This document shows positions 40,620 to 49,452 of a stretch of 64,000 bases of DNA, piece by piece (positions within the stretch are counted from its first letter, which is position 1; the number at the start of each line of letters is the position of its first letter). The notes under the pieces are model-generated. The model saw only the letters and a list, made by a program, of their open reading frames with translations, had not been told where the DNA came from and did not search any database. The DNA is taken from positions 38,688,001 to 38,752,000 of the forward strand of contig NC_047019.1 of the NCBI RefSeq assembly GCF_902652985.1, read 5' to 3'. The position numbers and the translations under genes were made by a program. This DNA comes from Pecten maximus (taxonomy: Eukaryota).

Positions 40620-41590
40620 GATAAATAGTTAGTATTATATTACATTAGGAATGATAGAAGTATGATATAAATAGTTAGTATTATATTACATTAGGAATGA
40701 TAGAAGTATGATATAAATAGTTAGTATTATATTACATTAGGAATGGTAGAAGTATGATATAAATAGTTAGTAGTATATTACATTAGGAATGGTAGAAGTA
40801 TGATATAAACAGTTAGTAGTATATTACATTAGGAATGGTAGAAGTATGATATAAATAGTTAGTATTATATTACATTAGGAATGGTAGAAGAATGATATAA
40901 ACAGTTAGTAGTATATTACATTAGGAATGGTAGAAGTATGATATAAACAGTTAGTAGTATATTACATTAGGAATGATAGAAGTATGATATAAATAGTTAG
41001 TATTATATTACATTAGGAATGGTAGAAGTATGATATAAATAGTTAGTAGTATATTACATTAGGAATGGTAGAAGTATGATATAAACAGTTAGTAGTATAT
41101 TACATTAGGAATGGTAGAAGTATGATATAAATAGTTAGTTGTATATTACATTAGGAATGGTAGAAGTATGATATAAACAGTTAGTAGTATATTACATTAG
41201 GAATGGTAGAAGTATGATATAAATAGTTAGTAGTATATTACATTAGGAATGGTAGAAGTATGATATAAATAGTTAGTAGTATATTACATTAGGAATGGTA
41301 GAAGTATGATATAAATAGTTAGTAGTATATTACATTAGGAATGGTAGAAGTATGATATAAATAGTTAGTATTATATTACATTAGGAATGGTAGAAGTATG
41401 ATATAAATAGTTAGTATTATATTACATTAGGAATGGTAGAAGTATGATATAAATAGTTAGTAGTATATTACATTAGGAATGGTAGAAGTATGATATAAAT
41501 AGTTAGTATTATATTACATTAGGAATGGTAGAAGTATGATATAAATAGTTAGTAGTATATTACATTAGGAATGGTAGAAGTATGATATAT
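40620..41590. repeat. 46-bp minisatellite, about 21 copies
   Basis: Unit ataaatagttagtagtatattacattaggaatggtagaagtatgat. Confidence 0.96.
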
Positions 41591-41711
41591 ACATTGTAAC
41601 TATTGGAACTGTGTTATAAACCATATTTAATAGATTGCGATTTGATATGTATAAACTATATTGCTAACATGATGTTTTAACCTAACCTATTTACGCCGAC
41701 ATCCATTGTAG

Positions 41712-41904
41712 TGTGTAAACCCGAAGTCTACCTACCTTTCTGTGGCGGACTAACGGATCACTCTGGACATGGCAACGTCATCGAGAACGAGGGTGACCGC
41801 GTCTTTGTGATTGACGGGAAGGCTTACTTTAATGGCCACTCAACTCTCTACCTTCCAAGTTTTTCGAACGCTCACTACGGCGATTCGGTCGTCATTAAGC
41901 TCAA
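41712..41904 (+). CDS. Pif-like exon: LamG/ConA-like domain, N-terminal part
   Basis: ttgtAG| acceptor, AA|GTGAGT donor (phase 2). Peptide CKPEVYLPF…DHSGHGN…ENEG…GKAYFNG…LPSFSNAHYGDSVVIKLK. Confidence 0.92.
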
Positions 41905-43231
41905 GTGAGTATATTTTTAGAATGCATATCAATTGCTGGATTGTTTTTTGTACAATAGATATTTGAAAATATAACGGGAACGTCTGCTTCGTCAACGACA
42001 CCACCGTGTAATTCTAGGTTAAATCCGGGTTAAGTCACATTCTCAACGGGATGATGACAACGGAATTTGATTAGAATCTTGATGCTTTCTTAGGAAAACA
42101 CACCAGGTAGGAACAAGGAACAGGGCATATTTGGAGCCTTGGAAAGCGTGGGGAGGGGGGAGGGGGGGGGGGGGGGATATCTTTACCCTTGTTTTCAATC
42201 GTGGATATCGTAGACATCCTGGTCAAGTAAAAAAAAAACAGCATAACTTATGAGGTTTGATCTCAGCTGTCCATTTGGAGTCTCTGTTTTAAACTTTTAG
42301 TTTTATAGTTCATGTTCATCGTGTTCCTGTAGATTTAATGAAATATACCAGGACTTTTCGCCCAATATTACATGGGATTCAGTATCCACGGGTTCCTGTC
42401 ATAAGTATTAATCCTTTGGAAGTTTGGTGTTGTTTCATGGGTGTTCAGACTCAACGTTTTACATTCACGCCCTTTATTATAGAATTATCTTATGGTTATG
42501 TTTCCATTGTGTGTCATGTGGTACGCCGTAGTTAATGGCTTTTACATTGCATTTTCATTTTTAAATTTCTTTTCAGCGAGAAGGAGTATCATCTTATAGC
42601 TTGAAGTGATATTGCAAATTTTCTATTTACCATCCTTTTTTTTAAACAAACTTGTTTATTCTAAAATCATGGCTGGCTACACACCAAATTCTAAAATTTA
42701 AGGCCTCTTGCTCTGACTATTGTCCTAATCCAATGAACCCTCTTTCCTTTTGAAAGTCATTTAACTTTCGGCCTCTTGTTGAGATGTTAATAGTGCCATC
42801 AACCTGGTGACTTTCTTCCCCAGACGTGCCTTGTCTATCTCATCAGAGTAGGTATATTTCTCCTGATCTTCAGTACCGAGTACGTTTATACTTCAACAAT
42901 ACGATTGTGTTGTCGATAGACAATCTTTCTCCTTCTGAGAGTAGTCTCCCTTATAAACATGGCCGCGTTATGCTTACAAAAGGTGATGTCAACGGAAACG
43001 AGTTTTTATCTAAATTTCGGAAATGTTTGTTTTTAAGCAGCTAGTTAAATTACATATTGGGTTAAACTTAAAGATAAAATCTATTTCATCTGAATTTTAC
43101 GGGCACTCACTCACGAGATTAGAAAATGTTCATTAATTCATTGGTATCGCACGCTGTATGATTTGACATTGGTTAGGAATTGTACTGTCCATCGTGATAT
43201 CCTACAGATTAGATGTGTTCCCAATCTTCAG

Positions 43232-43649
43232 GTATAAGATGGCAAAACGTAAACTAGATCATGGTGACTCCGATGAATACAGCGACTTTGACTATTACAA
43301 CCCGGATGATGACAGCTACGATTTTAACGATGAATATGATGAAGACGAGGACAACAGATTATACAATACGATGGCACTTGTCTCCAATGGCGACTGTGAT
43401 AACGATTACACCTGGTCCGGATCATGTTACGAGAACCCAACCATCACCATAGCGACGAACAGACGGACAACCATCTTTAACGTTTACACGTCCGAGGATG
43501 AACAGGAAACACAGATGGAGGTACACAAGAAACTACGTAAAAAAGAACACGATGAATTGGATGTGGATTATTATGACGATGAATACTACTCGTATCTGTT
43601 CGAGAATGGGTTTCATGACGATTCCAGCAACTGTACAAATGACACATGG
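43232..43649 (+). CDS. Pif-like exon: LamG middle part with two Asp/Tyr-rich inserts
   Basis: tcttcAG|G acceptor in phase 2 completes K-Y. Contains the LamG-family motif ALVSNGDC and TITIAT…FNVYT. Donor TGG|GTACGT, phase 0. An in-frame alternative donor GAG|GTACAC lies after 43520. Confidence 0.85.
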
Positions 43650-44369
43650 GTACGTACATCTTTTCAGTACATGGAACATAATCCATAATTCGTAACAGGA
43701 TTTTCAAACAGACTCGCACATCTTTGGGAACAATTGGGTCACTATCTAGTCGACATGTTTTTGTTTTTGCTAGGCAGTCGTAATACAAAAAAAACTCAAT
43801 ACTGGTAATAAAGACCTTGCTATTTCTGTCAATTAACTTATAAACATATCGATAATGGTATATGTCTTTAGCTGTTGATACATAGCGATAGGATAAACCG
43901 GCCCTTTTAGTCAAGTTGTAAGTAAATGCCAGGGTAAACGGTCGCTATATTGAAGAGTCGGTTATGCCTTTGATACTTATAAGTTACGGAAATGGCATTT
44001 GTTTCCTTTTTAAACCTTTCTAAAAGCTTCCTAAATTATATTGCTGAAATGGCATTTGTTTACTTTTTAACCTTTTCTAAAAGCTTCCTAAATTATATTG
44101 CCGTTTTATAATCTTTTGAAAATGTGAAAAAATGCCTGTCTGGCAAATCCAAGTCCTGAATAGGTAATATAACTATATCCCTGGCAATGTTCATCTATTA
44201 CTCCTCTATATTGTATAAAACAAGTGCCGGTTTTTAGCGACCAATAACAATGTATTTTTATATGTAGTGTTCATTCTTTATTGATATATGTTTTCGTTCA
44301 TGAAATTTCACTTTTTTTATTGAAACTTAGTGCTAACGTTATAATGAGCTTTAGTTGACTTCACCACAG

Positions 44370-44460
44370 GATGACGAATGGCGTACTGTGATGTTCCTGG
44401 TCCACAACAATTCATTCAGTGTTTACGACAACAGTCTTCATGACCAAAGTAGAGTTTCTG
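44370..44460 (+). CDS. Pif-like exon: LamG strands (DDEWRTVMFLVHNNSFSVYDNSLHDQSRVS); not in the ORF track
   Basis: caccacAG| acceptor, TG|GTAATT donor. The 91 nt bridge phase 0 to phase 1, exactly as the neighbouring exons require. W-x-x-V strand typical of LamG. Confidence 0.85.
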
Positions 44461-45061
44461 GTAATTATCTGGGACTCAGGCTACATGTATAGTCCCTTTA
44501 TTGCATTTTGAAACTAAGCCATGAAATGGTAACCGTTGACGGCATCAAAACTTACTCTTCAACAGATAATTATGCTTCCAGCAACCATATTTTGTATACA
44601 ACATTACTGTGCCTAAGGGATATGCTTGTATTTAAGGGTTAGCACAGAAAACGGGAAGTAGATTTTTAACTGAATCACGCGTAAAGGATCACATGGAGAA
44701 GGATGATTTGAATTGCACGGCTCGGAAAGCTGTTATTTTGGGTTGGTGACAGATTCATAAGTTTTGTTTTATTTGATTTGCTGGAGAACCCCAGAACCCA
44801 GGAGACAATGTGTTTAATTTCTAGGAGTAGCAGTAATATCTATTTTATTGCATTGATATAGACTAGTAAGGGAATATAGCTTATGAAATCCAAGGTATTG
44901 TGTAAAAGGAGGAGACTGAAGCTCGTAATATTAATATCAAAAGTAAACATGTGCGTGCCAATGTTAAAAAAACGAGTGTGTCACACGATTTAAGAGACAT
45001 GATACGTGTACGTCTACTGACACTGTCCTCTTTAATTGCCGAACATACGTTTGATTGGCAG

Positions 45062-45141
45062 GTTATGTGAGAACTACGTCAGCAGGACTTCAGTTTGGCC
45101 AGGGTTCGGGATTCAGAAACTTCAAAGGATATATGGACGAG
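45062..45141 (+). CDS. Pif-like exon: LamG C-terminal part (GYVRTTSAGLQFGQGSGFRNFKGYMDE)
   Basis: ggcAG| acceptor, GAG|GTCAAG donor. LQFG…FKGYMDE is the LamG C-terminal motif and continues as IYVYLC in the next exon. Confidence 0.88.
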
Positions 45142-45889
45142 GTCAAGTATCAATTTTATAAAGCGGTGGAATGTCTGATTTGTACATTGATATACACGTT
45201 AGAATATCTTTTACGTAATCGTGAAATACAGTCTATTTTTAACTTCAAAATAATAACGTGTTGACTTGTACATGGAAAACGAAGGAAATCGATTTTGTAA
45301 GCAATTTAATCCTCACAAACACGAAAATCCAAAAATACCAGTCTCTCAATGTTACCTGTCGTAACAAGTCAAAAGTAACCCCGCGGGACGGGACCAGCAT
45401 TACACCCCGCGGGACGGGACCAGCATTTGAATGCTTCTTCGATAAGCATCAAAGTGACTAGTTATGACCTTTGATATCAATTCACTGACAAGGAGACACT
45501 CCCGGAAAGTATCCCCTAGAGTCATTGGGAGTATCAGTAACAGTTGTATTCAACGTTGTATATCAAATGTATCACGGAATCCGTCCAAATATTTATTTAT
45601 ATAATTATTTATATATTTATATTTTTGTTCAACAGGCTTTTTCTTTTGTTTCTTTGTAAGTCGTTGTTATTCTAGACAAAACTAAGGTCAATCTCATTCT
45701 GCAACTGCGTTTACATGTTAATACTTAAATACAGAAACGATTATTTTAATGTATTTTATGGTAAACATAAAAACGTCTCTCTCTGCTTACATTTTTTTTC
45801 TGTTGAAATTATTGATTATGATGACTAAAGGATTGTATCAAAGTAGTTACACCTTTTATCCTTAAATATAATACCTGTTTGTTCTACAG

Positions 45890-47329
45890 ATCTACGTGTA
45901 CCTCTGTAGACCAAACGACAGCGACCTGTTTGATGAAGCCGACACCACCGGATCTGATTCTACGGTAACCGAGGTTAACATGGACGAAACCACCAGATAC
46001 ACACCTTCCGATGTCACGAAACATCTTTCCTCTCCATCAACTTCAATCGGAACGACGCAAGCTGAGACGTCTGGTGACGTCTTGGACTACAGCAGCGAAA
46101 GTTCATTGATGACGGAATCCACGGTGACGGAGTACGATGAAGTCTATCTTACACGTATCATTACGGAAGCGTTGGACTCGGAGTTTTCAACAACCATGGG
46201 AACAATTGATTTATCGGAAGTGACGTCACTCAGTGAGAGTACAACATCAGTTAGAGAATCATTTACAGCAGAATCTTTAACAACTGTATCTGATTCGGAA
46301 ACAACTTTAAAAAATAGTTCATCATCTTTTAACTCTACATCATCATCATCATCACCCATCGAGAGTACTTCATTACCTGTTACAGAATCATCATCACCCA
46401 TCGAGAGTACTCCATTACCTGTTACAGAATCATCATCACCCATCGAGAGTACTCCATTACCTGTTACAGAATCATCATCACTCATCGAGAGAACATCATC
46501 ACATGTTACAGAAACATCATCAAATCCATTAAGTACTTCTTCATCAGTTTTCTTTGATTCATCACAACCGGTGATAGAAGATACAGAAAAAATCACCGAA
46601 ACATCATCAATTTCTTCACCTACTAACTCTTCACATTCAAATTATCAAACGACTTTTGAACCAGGTGTAAAAGAATACATCACCGAAAGTGAACTTCCGC
46701 AAACAGACATTTACTTCAAAAATCGCTACAACGTCACTTCCGTTTCTGGTATTTTGGAAGAAAGTGATTCATATAATACCTCGAGCCAACATAACAGAAC
46801 TACGCCCCTAGGTGGTGATGTTGACAGTTTGATCATACCTACTTCCAGTCTACGTGGTATCGTTCTTAACAATAACTCATTTTTATCATTACTTACAGGT
46901 AAAAATACATATTTAAAGTCAACAACAGCTGTTGCAAGTATACAACTTGGAAATGATACTCTACGGCTACATAATAATAGTGAAAATAATGGAAATTGTT
47001 GTATCGATTCTCAAATACATGGTGCTACAAAGGGGCACAATCACACTGCTCAAAGTATTCTCAAGACAAATGGTGCTATTATCCACAACGAAAATGGTGA
47101 ATATATCGATAAAGAAAGACGAAGAGCCAAAAACAATAGTCTTACAACAGCTATACAATCTACAGACGACACCACCGCCGGGGCTGCTACATCCCAAGGG
47201 TCCTACGTTACACAATCAGTTAATTTTTCAAAGTGGCTATTTGCCAAATTTGATAGTGATTATCACAGCGAGAATAGACGATCCCATGATAGTGAAGCTA
47301 ACGTGACTGGATGGCGACCAGAACATTGA
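45890..47329 (+). CDS. Pif-like terminal exon: end of LamG (IYVYLC) plus a Ser/Thr-rich low-complexity tail of about 470 aa
   Basis: gttctacAG|ATC TAC GTG TAC CTC TGT; 1440-nt open frame to TGA. Rich in S/T/E/D, with 14-aa repeats SSSPIESTPLPVTE and many N-x-S/T sequons. Confidence 0.87.
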   Translation: MYVYLCRPNDSDLFDEADTTGSDSTVTEVNMDETTRYTPSDVTKHLSSPSTSIGTTQAETSGDVLDYSSESSLMTESTVTEYDEVYLTRIITEALDSEFSTTMGTIDLSEVTSLSESTTSVRESFTAESLTTVSDSETTLKNSSSSFNSTSSSSSPIESTSLPVTESSSPIESTPLPVTESSSPIESTPLPVTESSSLIERTSSHVTETSSNPLSTSSSVFFDSSQPVIEDTEKITETSSISSPTNSSHSNYQTTFEPGVKEYITESELPQTDIYFKNRYNVTSVSGILEESDSYNTSSQHNRTTPLGGDVDSLIIPTSSLRGIVLNNNSFLSLLTGKNTYLKSTTAVASIQLGNDTLRLHNNSENNGNCCIDSQIHGATKGHNHTAQSILKTNGAIIHNENGEYIDKERRRAKNNSLTTAIQSTDDTTAGAATSQGSYVTQSVNFSKWLFAKFDSDYHSENRRSHDSEANVTGWRPEH

Positions 47330-47589
47330 TTATACTTTAGTAAAGATATTTTTATGAATATATTGTTTAGTTTGACTTTTGTTTTGTTCATCATATGTAT
47401 CAACAAATTTAACATGGGACACAAAGACGAGATAAAACAACGATATGATTGATGTGATCTATACGGCTCTTCAACTCCAGCTTACTCAGAAGGAAATAAG
47501 TGTTCTTTTCTCTTAAAGAAAGCATTATCCAAAACACGAGTAAAACTTAAAAAAAAGTTCTTATGTTTTATCTTTATTTTATTTATATC

Positions 47590-47995
47590 GATATCATTGC
47601 CACCCACTAATTTTTTACTCATATCAATATTTTTGCCACCCACTAAAATATCTTACTTATATTTCATTATTTTAATATTATTGCCACACACTAATGTTTT
47701 ACTGATATCAATAGTATTGCCACCCACTAAAATATCTTACTTATATCAATAATATTGCCACACACTAACTATTTTAATATTAGTGCCACACACTAATGTT
47801 TTACTTATATCAATATTATTGCCACACACTAATGTCTTACTTATATCAATATTATTGCCACCCACTAACGTATTCAATAGTATTGCCACCCACTAACGTA
47901 TTCAATATTATTGCCACACTCTAATATTTTACTTTTATCAATAGTATTGCCACTAACTGATATTTAGCTCATTTCTATAGCATTGCCACACACCA
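47590..47995. repeat. Degenerate tandem repeat in the predicted 3' UTR
   Basis: Recurrent atattgccac(c/a)cactaa core with variable spacing, about 11 copies. Confidence 0.8.
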
Positions 47996-48489
47996 AATAC
48001 CTTGATCGATAAATCAAAATACGTTTAAGCTCAGTAGGTATACCAATTATTTTGGTTGGGAACTTTGAATATTTTTTTCGATAAAACATTAATTTCAGGA
48101 GACACATTGCAGATTTTCTCAAATGAAAGTCTAGGCTCAGATCTGGGATTCAAATGACCTGAACACGGTTGTAACTCATGTCGCATGGATATATTGATGC
48201 TGGGGATTCTTATGTTATATAACTACATTGGGTTTACAGGAAGGAATGGCTGTTATAAACAATGTATGTTTAAAAGTGTTTAATGGCGGAAATATTGATG
48301 TAATATCTATGGAATCCTAAATGACGTAAAATCAATGACAGAAAAGATATGCATACTAATAGCAGCTTTTACAAGATCTCAAAATGCAAAGCAGAATTGA
48401 AAGATCGGATTTTTCCCCTATTTCTGTCCTCATCTCTCAAACCGAATTTCTTAGCAAGACGATCAAACGTAGACAAATGTTTGTAGATT

Positions 48490-48510
48490 AATAAATAAAT
48501 GAAAATAAAA
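48490..48510 (+). promoter_or_regulatory. Candidate polyadenylation signal cluster of the Pif-like gene
   Basis: Overlapping AATAAA hexamers (aataaataaatgaaaataaaa) about 1.16 kb after the stop, followed by GT/T-rich sequence. Confidence 0.4.
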
Positions 48511-48774
48511 CAAAACGGCGTCTTATCTGATTGAGTATTTCAAATGGCATATAGAGTTTGTCTTATTCTATGCGTGTTGATGTCTTGTCAAGGCCTGCGG
48601 CGCTCTCATTTTACTTAGATTCGACCTAGATTGACATGGAATGTGTAGTTGATGAAGAATGCGTATCCTTCCGAAACACTTGGTCGTAATTCTATTGGTT
48701 TTTCAAATAGCTTTTGTGTAACTCTTGTTCACTCCCACAAGTTTGAGTTAGAATTACATTTTTACTTACAGGTT

Positions 48775-49452
48775 GTAGCCACTGTGATTTAGTATAAGGA
48801 CGCAGAATTATGTGATCTAAGAATCGCTAGTTCGAATACCGGTACGGAGCGCTGTGTTGTATTCTTGACACTCAACTCTGTTGTGTTCCAGTCGAATCAG
48901 TTGTTAATGGTACGTGGTAGGGCAATGCACGAAATGTCCTGTGTAAGCTGTTTGTGTTCCAGTCGAATCAGATGTTCGTGGTACGTGGTAGGGCAATACA
49001 CGAAATGCCCTGCGTAAGTTGTTTGTGTTCCAGTCGAATCAGATGTTCGTGGTACGTGGTAGGGCAGTACACGAAATGCCCTGCGTAAGTTGTTTGTGTT
49101 CCAGTCGAATCAGATGTTAGTGGTACGTGGTAGGGCAGTACACGAAATGCCCTGCGTAAGTTGTTTGTGTTCCAGTCGAATCAGATGTTAGTGGTACGTG
49201 GTAGGGCAGTACACGAAATGCCCTGCGTAAGTTGTTTGTGTTCCAGTCGAATCAGATGTTAGTGGTACGTGGTAGGGCAGTACACGAAATGTCCTGTGTA
49301 AGCTGTTTGAGCCGAAATGGCTGCTCCGGCTGTAACCTCCCCGTGTTGTTGAGAAAAGACAATGTCTGATAGCTAAATGCCCTATACCACGGATGATAAT
49401 TTGTGAACTGCTTTGAGATGGTCATGTTTCTGTAGTATAGCGATATATAGGA
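48775..49452 (+). mobile_element. tRNA-derived SINE (CORE-like) with internal 71-bp tandem amplification
   Basis: B-box-like GTTCGAATACC at about 48830, then CGCTGTGTTGTATTCTTGACACTCAACTC (decayed CORE-like), about 6 copies of a 71-bp unit, and a 3' tail tgtgaactgctttgag…gcgatatata of L2 type. Confidence 0.55.
48880..49305. repeat. 71-bp tandem repeat, about 6 copies
   Basis: Unit tgtgttccagtcgaatcagatgttagtggtacgtggtagggcagtacacgaaatgccctgcgtaagttgtt. Confidence 0.95.

Larger units (their letters stand above)
6077..47329 (+). other. Multi-exon gene model: Pif-like shell matrix protein (VWA - 3x chitin-binding-like - LamG - Ser/Thr-rich tail), about 1168 aa
   Basis: Exons 6077-6128 (tentative), 10902-11432, 11827-11964, 16712-16906, 21660-21848, 38004-38183, 41712-41904, 43232-43649, 44370-44460, 45062-45141 and 45890-47329. 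Introns are GT-AG with compatible phases (1,1,1,1,1,1,2,0,1,0). Total 3507 nt, divisible by 3, no internal stop. The VWA-CBM14-LamG order is the known architecture of the molluscan Pif/BMSP/LamG3 family; only one VWA is seen, so it is Pif-like rather than BMSP. Confidence 0.88.

Noticed and set aside
42150-42177. G-run (and the C-run at 49455-49478) as G-quadruplex elements
   Set aside because: Simple homopolymer tracts with no supporting context.
43194-43688. Stand-alone acidic protein gene
   Set aside because: It contains the LamG motif ALVSNGDC and phase-matched splice sites, so it is an internal exon.
46144-46596. Asp/Val-rich minus-strand ORF
   Set aside because: Antisense shadow of the Ser/Thr-rich coding exon.
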